A stretch of DNA of 64,000 nt from contig CAIZXS010000004.1 in the NCBI GenBank assembly GCA_903937035.1, positions 4,693 to 68,692 on the forward strand, in the 5' to 3' direction. Position numbers and translations under genes: made by a program. Source of the stretch: an uncultured bacterium (GTDB lineage: Bacteria; Patescibacteriota; Minisyncoccia; Moranbacterales; UBA2206). Shown here piece by piece: positions 7,546-16,763 of this stretch (position 1 is its first letter; every line of letters starts with the position of its first letter). The notes under the pieces were generated by a model. That model was given only the letters and a program-made list of their open reading frames with translations. It had not been told where the DNA came from and made no database searches.

Positions 7546-8763
7546 ATGAGTTATCAAAAAACAATAAAAAATTTAGCATTAACCATTTTTGTGGTTTGGT
7601 TAATTGTTTTTGATTTCAGGATCTATCAGGAAAAAGCCTTTGCGGCAGATGATGCGGAGGATATTAAGGAGGATATCGAAAAGGTGCAAAGTAAGGCAGA
7701 GAAGGTGAAAAAAGAACTGAATACTTCTCAAACATTGCTTCAAAAAAAGAATGTAGAATTAGGAGTGACAAAAAATTTATTGCAAAAAACACAGAGTGAG
7801 ATTGGAAGAAAGGAAGTTGAGGTTAATAATCTTAATCAGCGGATAAAATTAAGTAGAGAGATGTTAGAAGGCTATATTCTAGAAGCCTATTATGCCGACG
7901 AAGATCCTCTTTCCGGATTACTCTTGGGTGATGTTAGAGATTATGGTATGTCAGGAGATTTCGATCAAATTTTAAATGTGAAAGAAAGGATAGTGCTCAC
8001 GCTTGGTGAAATTAAGAAGGCCAAAGAAGACGTTGCTAAGACTAAAGAGGAATTGGATAGTAAAAAAGAGGATCATGAAAAGTTGATTACTATTCAACAG
8101 AGTCAGCAGGTTGAGATTAAGACTGATATCAATCAAGCGCAGGCGACACTGTCTGAGCTTAATGCTAAGATTGATAAATTGAAAAGCGAATTGTCGAGTC
8201 TGCTCACTACTGCGGTTAGTTTTAAGAATGTAACAGACGCGGCGACTTTTGCGGCCAAGGTAACTGGTATTCGCAAGGACTATCTTCTAGGTGTTTTGGT
8301 TGTGGAGTCTAACCTTGGGCGCTATACCGGAGGCTGTAACTTTAAGGAAAGTCGGATGAGTGGTTATCGGGCATCAGTTTTTAAGGAGATTTGCAATGAG
8401 CTTAAGTATGATTATAATAAGCAAAAAGTTTCTTGCCCACCCAAAGGGTATAAGGGTACTGGTGGTGCGATGGGTGTGGCACAATTCATGCCAGATACTT
8501 GGGCTGGATATAAGAGTTCGATTGCTTCGGTGACTGGGCATAAGACGCCCGATCCATGGAGCTTGACTGACGGTGTGGTGGCGATGGCGCTAAAACTTAC
8601 AAAGGTTGATGGCGTAAAAGAGCACAAAAAATCCGCTGAAGCTAAGGCCTATTGTGTGTATTTGGCTGGTGGCAATTGGCCGGCATATTGCGATTCAAAA
8701 GGGGTTAACTATGGTGAAAAAGTGCTATATTGGGCTGATAATTATGAACGGGTAATGAATTAA
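7546..8763 (+). CDS. membrane-anchored coiled-coil protein with C-terminal lysozyme-like/SLT (lytic transglycosylase-like) domain
   Basis: N-terminal TM, ~200 aa coiled coil, then GIRKDYLLGVLVVESNLG...GAMGVAQFMPDTW, resembling the catalytic Glu-Ser and AQFMP motifs of SLT-family muramidases. Confidence 0.7.
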   Translation: MSYQKTIKNLALTIFVVWLIVFDFRIYQEKAFAADDAEDIKEDIEKVQSKAEKVKKELNTSQTLLQKKNVELGVTKNLLQKTQSEIGRKEVEVNNLNQRIKLSREMLEGYILEAYYADEDPLSGLLLGDVRDYGMSGDFDQILNVKERIVLTLGEIKKAKEDVAKTKEELDSKKEDHEKLITIQQSQQVEIKTDINQAQATLSELNAKIDKLKSELSSLLTTAVSFKNVTDAATFAAKVTGIRKDYLLGVLVVESNLGRYTGGCNFKESRMSGYRASVFKEICNELKYDYNKQKVSCPPKGYKGTGGAMGVAQFMPDTWAGYKSSIASVTGHKTPDPWSLTDGVVAMALKLTKVDGVKEHKKSAEAKAYCVYLAGGNWPAYCDSKGVNYGEKVLYWADNYERVMN

Positions 8764-8777
8764 TTTTAGTATTTTAT

Positions 8778-8921
8778 GACTTACGCCTACCCCAAAAACA
8801 ATCTTCAACGCGCGTGACTGTCTAAGACTTACTTTTGCTTCTTTTAGCTCTCAATACTACTGAAATTTTCCAGACTAATCTTGGCTATAGAGAAGCTTGC
8901 TTTTGGCAAACGCGTAAGGCC
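8778..8921. mobile_element. MITE-like element, family B, copy 1 (~144 bp, imperfect 17-bp terminal inverted repeats)
   Basis: Left end gacttacgcctacccc. Right end ggcaaacgcgtaaggcc is the reverse complement of the family consensus GGACTTACGCGTTTGCC. An internal 12-bp perfect hairpin agagacgctcca/tggagcgtctct lies just 3' at 8933-8965. Confidence 0.55.
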
Positions 8922-9039
8922 TGTATTTATAAAAAGAGACGCTCCACTATGGAGCGTCTCTTCTAATAAAGGTTGCTTTAAAGCCTTGTTTGGTGTATAG
9001 TCGATATATAGGCGAGATATAATATTTAAAACTAAATCA

Positions 9040-10308
9040 ATGGAAACGTTTAAAATATTGGGAGGAAAGAAATTGAAAGGGGAGATTGAGGTCCGTGGTT
9101 CGAAAAATGCGACAACGCCGATTCTTGCTGCGACGCTACTGACTAAGGAAGAGTGTATTATCTCGAATATTCCGCTTATCGAAGACGTTTACCGCATGCT
9201 TGAAATACTAGTGAGTATGGGCTCGGAGATTAGATGGTTGGGAAAAAGAAAGATTAGTATTAAAAATGAGAAAATTGACCCAAGGAAGATGGATCTCATG
9301 ACAGTGAAAAAATTGCGTTCTTCAATTTTGCTTTTGGGCTCTCTTAGCGCGCGCTTTGATAAGTTTGAATTTTATCGTCCCGGTGGCTGTGTAATTGGTG
9401 CGAGGCCACTTGGCACGCATTTTGAAGCTTTGCGGAAGATGGGAGTGGATATCTTGCAGAGCGAGCAGGGCTATTCGGTGATGGCAAAAAATAGAAAATG
9501 CGCAAAATTTACGTTAGGAGAGATGTCTGTGACTGCGACGGAAAATGCGATGATGCTTGCTGCTGCTCTTCCAGGAAAAACGATAATCAAAGTGACAGCC
9601 TGCGAGCCGCATGTTGAGGACTTGGGAAGATTTTTGGTGTCACTTGGTGCAAAAATTAAAGGCTTGGGAACGCATAGCTTGGAAATTACTGGCGCGAAAA
9701 AAACACATAAAACAAGCCATGTGATTATTCCGGATGCTAATGAGGCAGCTACTTTTCTTATCTTAGGTGTAACAACGGGGAGTAATATTGTGGTGAAAAA
9801 TGCCAGGGAGGAGCATCTTGATTTGGTTTTAGAAAAATTACGTGAGTTTGGAGCAGATTTTAAGATTAGCAAAAATGCTATTGAGGTTATTCCAGCAAAA
9901 AAACTAAAGGCGGTATCCAAAGTGGACACAAGAACGTATCCTGGCGTTCCTTCAGATGTTCAAGCTCCTTTTGGTGTTTTGGCCACACAGGCCCAAGGGG
10001 AGACACTCATCCATGACTCACTCTATGAAAGTCGCTTCAACTATGTAGGGGAGCTAAAAAAGATGGGGGCCAAGGCAAAAATTCTTGATCCACATCGGGT
10101 GCTTATCAGTGGTCCAACGCAATTGAAGGGCAAAACGATTACAAGTTTTGATCTGCGAGCTGGCGCAACATTAATTATTGCAGCGCTTATTGCCGACGGT
10201 GAAACTACGATAAAGGAAATTTATCAGGTCGACAGGGGTTATGAAAAAATTGAAGAGCGGTTGCAAAAGTTGGGCGCTGATATCAAAAGAATCGCTGAAA
10301 AAAAGTAG
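9040..10308 (+). CDS. murA: UDP-N-acetylglucosamine 1-carboxyvinyltransferase
   Basis: METFKILGGKKLKGEIEVRGSKNATTPILAATLLT N-terminus and EPSP-synthase fold length (422 aa). Confidence 0.95.
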   Translation: METFKILGGKKLKGEIEVRGSKNATTPILAATLLTKEECIISNIPLIEDVYRMLEILVSMGSEIRWLGKRKISIKNEKIDPRKMDLMTVKKLRSSILLLGSLSARFDKFEFYRPGGCVIGARPLGTHFEALRKMGVDILQSEQGYSVMAKNRKCAKFTLGEMSVTATENAMMLAAALPGKTIIKVTACEPHVEDLGRFLVSLGAKIKGLGTHSLEITGAKKTHKTSHVIIPDANEAATFLILGVTTGSNIVVKNAREEHLDLVLEKLREFGADFKISKNAIEVIPAKKLKAVSKVDTRTYPGVPSDVQAPFGVLATQAQGETLIHDSLYESRFNYVGELKKMGAKAKILDPHRVLISGPTQLKGKTITSFDLRAGATLIIAALIADGETTIKEIYQVDRGYEKIEERLQKLGADIKRIAEKK

Positions 10309-10324
10309 CAAGTAATATGAATCT

Positions 10325-10780
10325 ATGCTTACAGAAAAATCTAAGCTAAAACCTGGGAGAGACTATATCGGAGTTGGCGGTGGAATTTTAATATTCAATG
10401 ATAAGAAGGAGGTTCTTCTCGCAAGAAGAAAGGGGACAAAAAATGAAGACGGTTTGTGGTCAAAGCCAGGAGGAGGAATTGATTATGGGGAGAAAGTTGA
10501 GGTGGCACTGAAGAGAGAGATTAAAGAAGAGGTTGGAATTGCTGTTGATATTTGGGGATACTCGCTACATACTGATCACATTATTAAAAAGGATAAACAG
10601 CACTGGGTGGCATTTAATTATTTGGCCAAAATTAAATCAGGTGTGCCAAAAAATCGGGAACCAGAAAAATGTGACAGAGTCGAATGGTTTAGTCTGGAAA
10701 AACTTCCGAGAAAGCTCAATCAGACAACGAGAGAAACAATTAAAAATTATCTAGCTGGGAAATATATTAAGTTAAAATAA
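10325..10780 (+). CDS. NUDIX hydrolase
   Basis: Nudix box GGGIDYGEKVEVALKREIKEEVGI (GX5EX7REUXEEXGU). Confidence 0.85.
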   Translation: MLTEKSKLKPGRDYIGVGGGILIFNDKKEVLLARRKGTKNEDGLWSKPGGGIDYGEKVEVALKREIKEEVGIAVDIWGYSLHTDHIIKKDKQHWVAFNYLAKIKSGVPKNREPEKCDRVEWFSLEKLPRKLNQTTRETIKNYLAGKYIKLK

Positions 10781-10790
10781 GGAAATTATC

Positions 10791-11798
10791 ATGCTTGTAC
10801 GAAAAATAGGAATAGATTTGGGCACAGCTAATGTTTTAGTTTTTGTCCCTGGCAAGGGCATTGTTTCTAATGAGCCATCAGTAGTGGCGATATCGCTTTT
10901 GGAGAATAAGGTTCTTGCGATTGGCAATGAGGCGAAAGAAATGCTCGGGAGAACACCAGACACTATTGTGGCGAGTCGTCCGATGCGTGACGGTGTGATT
11001 GCGGATTATAAAATCACTGAGGCGATGCTTAAGTATTTTATCAACAAGGTCAGTGGAAGATTCCGTTTGATTCGTCCCGAGGTGATGGTGTCTATTCCGG
11101 CAGGCGTAACTTCAACAGAAAGAAGGGCAGTGATTGACGCAACAATCAGGGCGGGAGCGAAAATGGCCTATGTTGTGAAAGAGCCAATCCTAGCGGCAAT
11201 TGGGGCGGGGATTCCGATTAACAATGCAGCGGGCAATATGATTATTGATATTGGGGGAGGAACATCAGAGGTGGCCGTGGTATCTCTCGGTGGTGTTGTT
11301 TCCGCGCATAGCGCACGGGTTGGTGGAAACAAGATTGATCAAGCTATCGCAGATTATATCAAGCGAAAATACAGTCTTTCAATTGGAGACCGTACGGCGG
11401 AAGACGTGAAGATTAAGATCGGCTCAGCTTTGCCTCAGGTCAAGGAGGATTATATGGATGTGCGGGGGCGTGATTTGACTGGGGGGCTTCCGCGGACGGT
11501 ACGCATTTCCTCTAATGAAGTGACGGAAGCGATTCAAGATGAACTGAGAGAAGTTATCAATGCGATAAAAAAGGTATTACAAGAAACTCCTCCAGAGTTG
11601 GCGGCCGATATTATGGATAAGGGCATGGTCCTTTCTGGTGGCGGGGCGCTTCTTCGCAATCTCGATCAATTGATTACTAAAACCATTGGTGTCCCGTGTT
11701 ATGTTGCAGATGACGCACTTTATTGCGTGATCAAAGGAATTGGGATTGCTTTGGAAAATCTGGATATGTATAAGAGGACAATGATGCTTTCGAAATAG
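10791..11798 (+). CDS. mreB: rod-shape-determining actin homologue MreB
   Basis: IGIDLGTANVLVFV phosphate-1 motif, DIGGGTSEVAV phosphate-2 motif, 335 aa. Confidence 0.95.
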   Translation: MLVRKIGIDLGTANVLVFVPGKGIVSNEPSVVAISLLENKVLAIGNEAKEMLGRTPDTIVASRPMRDGVIADYKITEAMLKYFINKVSGRFRLIRPEVMVSIPAGVTSTERRAVIDATIRAGAKMAYVVKEPILAAIGAGIPINNAAGNMIIDIGGGTSEVAVVSLGGVVSAHSARVGGNKIDQAIADYIKRKYSLSIGDRTAEDVKIKIGSALPQVKEDYMDVRGRDLTGGLPRTVRISSNEVTEAIQDELREVINAIKKVLQETPPELAADIMDKGMVLSGGGALLRNLDQLITKTIGVPCYVADDALYCVIKGIGIALENLDMYKRTMMLSK

Positions 11799-11809
11799 CG
11801 GACGTTTGT

Positions 11810-11918
11810 TTTCGGCGCATTTCTTCGTTAAAACCTCCGCTACTCGTTCGTCGTAGCAGTAATTACGTCTCACTCACTGCTCGATTTTGCCTCGAACTGC
11901 ACTCAAAAACAAACGTCC
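11810..11918. mobile_element. MITE-like element related to family B (109 bp, 13-bp perfect terminal inverted repeats GGACGTTTGTTTT / AAAACAAACGTCC)
   Basis: Perfect inverted termini immediately after the mreB stop. Internal hairpin gctac..gtagc. Shares GGAC..GTCC termini with family B. Confidence 0.5.
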
Positions 11919-11954
11919 TTAGTCTTATAATAAAACTAAAGTTCAAAAACTCTT

Positions 11955-13037
11955 ATGAAAATCGGTATTGATGGCTCGCGGGCTTTTTTAAAACAAAGAA
12001 CGGGTGTTGAAGAGTATTCCTATCAGGTGATTAGGCAGTTACGTACGCGCTTGAAAGAGCATCGCGTTATTCTTTATCTGCGAGGGACACAGAGGGTGGA
12101 TTTTTCTGTGCCAAAAAATTGGCAGATTAAAAAGATTCGATTTCCGCGCCTTTGGACGCAAATCGGACTATCCATGGAACTTTTTCTTCATCCAATCGAT
12201 GTCCTTTTTGTCCCGGCACACACTGTGCCGGTTTTTCATCCTAAAAAAACTGTTGTGACAATCCATGGCTTGGAATATGAAATTATGCCAGAGGCGTATT
12301 CTCCTTTCGAGCGATTTTATATGCGCTTCTCGATTAAAAATTCTTGTCGTTGGGCAACTAAGATTATTTGTGTTTCCAAAAACACTAAAAGAGATTTAAT
12401 GAATCTCTACGAGGTTCCGGAAGATAAAATTAATATTGTCTATGAGGGTTATGAAGATAAAACGGGAGAGCTTGATTGGGAAGATGGCAGCGAGGTTGAG
12501 GAAATGAAGCCATATTTATTCTTCATGGGACGCTTGGAAAAACGCAAAAATATTTTAGGCATAGTAGAAGCCTTTGATTTATTCAAAAAAAAGACCAAGG
12601 CTAAGCATAAATTGGTCTTAGGTGGTAAATTTGGTTTTGGAGAGGCTGAGATACGAGAGCGCATCGAAAAGTCCGAGTATAGAAAAGATATTATTATATT
12701 GGGCTATGTGAAGGATGTCAAAAAATGGCAATTGTTTAAAAACGCAGCTGTTTTTCTTTTCCCCACGCTCTACGAAGGTTTTGGCTTGCCTGTCTTGGAA
12801 GCGCAAAGTCAGGGCGTTCCAGTTGTCACTTCCAATACATCATCACTTCCCGAAGTGGCCAATGGGAGCGCGTATTTAGTTGATCCAACAGAGCCAGAAA
12901 TGATTTCTGAGGCGATGATTACTCTCGTACAGAATGAGAAGATGGCTAAGGATATGATTAAAAGAGGCTATGAAAATATCAAGCGGTTCAGTTGGAAAAA
13001 CTGTGCCGATTTGATTGCGACGGTCTTGACGGAATAA
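11955..13037 (+). CDS. glycosyltransferase family 4 (GT-B, GT1-like)
   Basis: C-terminal EGFGLPVLEAQSQGVPVVTS motif typical of GT4 retaining glycosyltransferases. Confidence 0.85.
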   Translation: MKIGIDGSRAFLKQRTGVEEYSYQVIRQLRTRLKEHRVILYLRGTQRVDFSVPKNWQIKKIRFPRLWTQIGLSMELFLHPIDVLFVPAHTVPVFHPKKTVVTIHGLEYEIMPEAYSPFERFYMRFSIKNSCRWATKIICVSKNTKRDLMNLYEVPEDKINIVYEGYEDKTGELDWEDGSEVEEMKPYLFFMGRLEKRKNILGIVEAFDLFKKKTKAKHKLVLGGKFGFGEAEIRERIEKSEYRKDIIILGYVKDVKKWQLFKNAAVFLFPTLYEGFGLPVLEAQSQGVPVVTSNTSSLPEVANGSAYLVDPTEPEMISEAMITLVQNEKMAKDMIKRGYENIKRFSWKNCADLIATVLTE

Positions 13038-13082
13038 TTTTTTGTGTGATTTTTGAGTGGGGTCTTGATCCAGCGAGATGGC

Positions 13083-13478
13083 TTATGTTTCAAATATTTC
13101 GAGATCAGCTTTTGTAGCTTTTTTTCTGCTCGATAAAGTCTCTAGCTCAGTTTTTAATTTTAAAATAGTGGCAGAATTAGACGCTTCATCTTGCTTTGTG
13201 GTGGGTTGGCCTGCTAGTTGTTTTATGCTTTTGGCTATGCGATTTTCCTCTTCTTCGATTTTACTGAGCTCTTCATTTATTGCAGCGGCCTCCGCCTGCG
13301 CAACATCAACTTTCGAAAGTTTATTTTTTCTCAGTAATTGATCCATTATTGGGCGACTATCATTGTGGATATTTGCCACAAGCGCATTCCTGTCATCTTC
13401 AATCATTCTTAAATCTCTTTTCGTGAAATCATCTTTAGGCTTAGTGGTGGCCTCTCTTCTTTGAGAATTAGGATTCAA
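13083..13478 (-). CDS. hypothetical coiled-coil protein
   Basis: 131-aa ORF, charged and coiled-coil-like. Preferred over the overlapping + strand 87-aa ORF, which is Ser/Phe-rich low-complexity. Confidence 0.35.
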   Translation of the reverse strand: MNPNSQRREATTKPKDDFTKRDLRMIEDDRNALVANIHNDSRPIMDQLLRKNKLSKVDVAQAEAAAINEELSKIEEEENRIAKSIKQLAGQPTTKQDEASNSATILKLKTELETLSSRKKATKADLEIFET

Positions 13479-13716
13479 TTCCTTAGTGCTTGGTGCATGT
13501 TAGGAAAACATATTTTTTCTATCGATTAATTATTTAGTTGCTTTTGCATTGAAAACGTATAAATATGGTCAGGAGATGCTTTGCTTTATGTCGGGGGGAG
13601 AACTTATTGAGCACATTTTAGCATGTCCCCGGTTTTGGTGCAAAAACTGTTGATTTATGCTAGAATTGGAATTACTGAAATATTTACTAAAATGACTAAT
13701 TTGGGTCTCAAATGAT

Positions 13717-14880
13717 ATGTTTGATAAAAAAGAATTGAAAGTTGCTTTGGTGCACGATTTTCTTGTTGAATTTGGCGGGGCAGAGCGAGTCCTGAAAACG
13801 CTTTCAGAAATGTTTCCAAATGCGCCAATCTATACCTTACTTTCAGAGAAAGATAAATTTCCCGATTGGCTGAAGAATAAAAAAGTGGAAGTTTCCTTTT
13901 TGCAAAAGTGGCCCAGGTTCTTGCGTAATAGAAAAAAGTGGCTTTTGCCATTTTTGCCAGTAGCACCAGAAACTTTCAATTTGCGTGATTTCGATCTGAT
14001 CATCTCCAGCTCCGGGGCATGGTCCAAGGGAATTGTGACTCGTCTTGATACGATCCATATCTCCTATCTGCATAGTCCGATGCGTTTTGCTTGGGATATG
14101 AATGGGGAGTATTTGCGTCAGCAAAATAAAGGTGGAATCATTAATTTTTTCAGTCGATATATGTTGAATTATATCCGTCTTTGGGATTTTGCTGCTGCAG
14201 ATCGACCAGAATATTTAATTGCTAATTCTCATTATACGAAAGACAGGATTAAAAAATACTATAATCGTGAAGCCCCTGTGATTTATCCGCCCGTATCGTT
14301 ATGCGAAACGTTACGGACAAATCCTCCAGTTTCTGCTAATGAGTCTGGTGGATCTAAGCTTGCAGAAAAGAAATACTTTCTTGTTGTTTCACGACTTTCT
14401 GCTTATAAAAAAATTGATGTAGTTGTGGAGGCATTTAATAAATTGGAACTACCATTGGTGATTGTGGGTACCGGTGAGCAAGAAAAATATCTCAAATCAA
14501 TAGCGGGGAAAAATATTAAGTTTTTAGGTTTTCAGTCTGACATGGAATTGTCAAAAATCTACGCTGGAGCATGGGGCTTTATTTTTCCAGCACTTGATGA
14601 TTTTGGCATTGCGCCAGTGGAGGCGATGTTGCATGGTGTTCCTGTGATAGGTCTTAGGATGGGCGGAATGAGGGAGATCTTGCTTGAGGGAAAGACAGGC
14701 GAGTTCTTCGACAGTGTTACTTCGGAGATTATTGCTGATGGCGTGCGTAGATTTAGGGAAAAAGAAAGTACCTATAGCAAGGAAGTGATTGTCGCGCGAG
14801 CCAAAGAATTTAGCGAAGAAAGATTCGTGAGGGAATTGGAGCTGTTTATTAATAATATATATGAAAATCCTGGGAAATAA
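13717..14880 (+). CDS. glycosyltransferase family 4
   Basis: GIAPVEAMLHGVPVIG motif and GT-B architecture. Confidence 0.85.
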   Translation: MFDKKELKVALVHDFLVEFGGAERVLKTLSEMFPNAPIYTLLSEKDKFPDWLKNKKVEVSFLQKWPRFLRNRKKWLLPFLPVAPETFNLRDFDLIISSSGAWSKGIVTRLDTIHISYLHSPMRFAWDMNGEYLRQQNKGGIINFFSRYMLNYIRLWDFAAADRPEYLIANSHYTKDRIKKYYNREAPVIYPPVSLCETLRTNPPVSANESGGSKLAEKKYFLVVSRLSAYKKIDVVVEAFNKLELPLVIVGTGEQEKYLKSIAGKNIKFLGFQSDMELSKIYAGAWGFIFPALDDFGIAPVEAMLHGVPVIGLRMGGMREILLEGKTGEFFDSVTSEIIADGVRRFREKESTYSKEVIVARAKEFSEERFVRELELFINNIYENPGK

Positions 14881-15742
14881 GAAAATCGTTGATTCGCTGA
14901 ATAGAGCGATAGAGAAGAAAGTTTTTGTGCAAAGTTATCTTTTTTGTGGTCCTGAGGCGCTTGGGAAATTTCTAGTGGCCAAGGAATTTGCAGAAAAGCT
15001 GACCGGAAATGGGGATGGAGCGGTAGATCTGAATCTTCTTGTAATCGAGCCGGAAATTGAAGAAAAAGACGACATTTTAAAAGAAAAAGAAATTAAATTA
15101 GAATCAATCAAGAAATTGCAAAAAGAATTCAGTCTAACTTCTTTTTCGAAAAATCATCGCGTGGCAATTATTCGCAGTGCGCAGAAGTTAAATATATCAG
15201 CACAAAATTCATTATTGAAAATACTTGAAGAGCCACCTGAAAATACGATCATCATCCTTATCGCTGAAGACGAGAAAAAGCTTCTGCCAACAATTATCTC
15301 TCGTTGTCAGATCAAGCGGTTTAGTCTTTTGTCCGAAGCTGAATTGAGCGGAATGATCGATGAGGCGTTACCTAATAGAGAAGAATTAATTTTTTGGTCA
15401 CTTGGTCGTCCAGGCTTAGCGTGTAATTTGTTAGACAAAAAGGTTGGACTGGAAGAAAAGCGAGAGCTGGTCAGGGAATTGCAATCACTGTTTTCTATGA
15501 GCGGAAATGAAAAACTACTTTGCGCCGAAGCTTTGAGCAAAAATACGCCACTGCTCTTGGAAAAAATGGATTTCTGGATTATTCTTTTGCGCGGCGTGAT
15601 TTTGGGTCAAAAAAGCTTAATTACGAGCTCTCCAGTGAAAGCATTGAAATTAATAGAAAGGATAGAGGGGAGTAAACGGACAATTAAAAGCACAAATTCT
15701 AATGTGCGTTTGGTGGTAGAAAACTTGGTTTTGGCTTTCTGA
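14861..15742 (+). CDS. holB: DNA polymerase III delta-prime subunit
   Basis: AAA+ clamp-loader fold: LFCGPEALGKF P-loop-like, ILEEPPENTIIILIAEDEKKLLPTIISRCQ sensor/SRC motif. Confidence 0.8.
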   Translation: MKILGNKKIVDSLNRAIEKKVFVQSYLFCGPEALGKFLVAKEFAEKLTGNGDGAVDLNLLVIEPEIEEKDDILKEKEIKLESIKKLQKEFSLTSFSKNHRVAIIRSAQKLNISAQNSLLKILEEPPENTIIILIAEDEKKLLPTIISRCQIKRFSLLSEAELSGMIDEALPNREELIFWSLGRPGLACNLLDKKVGLEEKRELVRELQSLFSMSGNEKLLCAEALSKNTPLLLEKMDFWIILLRGVILGQKSLITSSPVKALKLIERIEGSKRTIKSTNSNVRLVVENLVLAF

Positions 15743-15794
15743 TTGGTGTTAATTTTATGGCGCTGGTGCTGGTGCGTTGAAGTGAGGTTTCTTT

Positions 15795-16763
15795 TTGAGT
15801 GAGTGGAGTTGTGATACGAGATTTTTTGTTAAGGCGAGCGTTAGTATGTTCAAAATCATTAATCACAAGGAACGTCGAAAAAAGGTCGATTTGCCACGGA
15901 GTAAAAAGCCGTTTTCCGGCAAATGGGTTTATCGTCTAGTGGCGGTATTGTTTTTTGCAACCGTAATTTTTACGCTATTTTTTTCTGACTATTTGACAAT
16001 AATAGACATGAGAATTTCCGGTTTAAATAAATTGGAAGAGGCGCTAATCCGAAATGCGATTGAAAATGAGTTGCGGGGTAAATATGCAGGATCAGTCCGC
16101 AGGGATAATTTGATTGTATTTAGCGGGAAAAAAACGACGGAGATGCTTTTGGCTAACTTCAAGCGAATAAAAGCCGCACGGATTGAGAAGAATTTTCCAA
16201 ATGGCTTGAGTGTGACAATCGAAAAGAGGAAGCTCACAATGTTGTTTTGTAGTTTGGGCAACTGTTATGTTTTGAATGAGAAGGGCGAAACATATGGAGC
16301 TTTAAATTTCACTGCAGAAGAGTTGGAAAAGGAAAATATTGTAACCCTTAACGATTCAGGCGGTGTGCAAATTGATGCAGAAACCAGCCCTCTCGAAAGC
16401 TCTTTTCAGGAATTTATCTTGAAACTAGAAAAGGCGGTCTTTGATGGTACCGGAATTGTACTCAAAAAGCAATATGAAACACCAAGTCGGATGTCGGGTG
16501 ATTTGAAGGTGGAAACAGAAGATGGTTGGAAAATCTATTTTAGCGAGTCTGTGGGAATAGAGCGGGAAATATTGATGCTGAGGACTGCAGTTATTGATAA
16601 AATTGAAAAAGAGCGCCAAAAAGATCTTGAATACGTGGATTTACGCATCGCTAACAAGGTTTTCTATAAATTTAAAGAGGGGCTTGAGCAGTCCCAAGCA
16701 GTGGAAAATGTCGTGGTGCCAGAGGTGAAAAAGGAGGAAAAGAAAGAAAAGAAAAAGAAATAA
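15795..16763 (+). CDS. FtsQ/DivIB-like cell division protein (TM + POTRA-like) with Lys/Glu-rich C-terminal tail
   Basis: Single TM (LVAVLFFATVIFTLFF) followed by a region resembling the POTRA/FtsQ beta domain (RIEKNFPNGLSVTIEKRKLTMLF..YVLNEKG). Tail is KKEEKKEKKKK. Confidence 0.5.
   Translation: MSEWSCDTRFFVKASVSMFKIINHKERRKKVDLPRSKKPFSGKWVYRLVAVLFFATVIFTLFFSDYLTIIDMRISGLNKLEEALIRNAIENELRGKYAGSVRRDNLIVFSGKKTTEMLLANFKRIKAARIEKNFPNGLSVTIEKRKLTMLFCSLGNCYVLNEKGETYGALNFTAEELEKENIVTLNDSGGVQIDAETSPLESSFQEFILKLEKAVFDGTGIVLKKQYETPSRMSGDLKVETEDGWKIYFSESVGIEREILMLRTAVIDKIEKERQKDLEYVDLRIANKVFYKFKEGLEQSQAVENVVVPEVKKEEKKEKKKK

Noticed and set aside
13078-13341. Plus-strand 87-aa ORF overlapping the minus-strand 131-aa ORF
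   Set aside because: Its translation is Ser/Phe/Leu low-complexity. The minus-strand product is longer and has a coiled-coil-like charged composition, though neither ORF is strongly supported.
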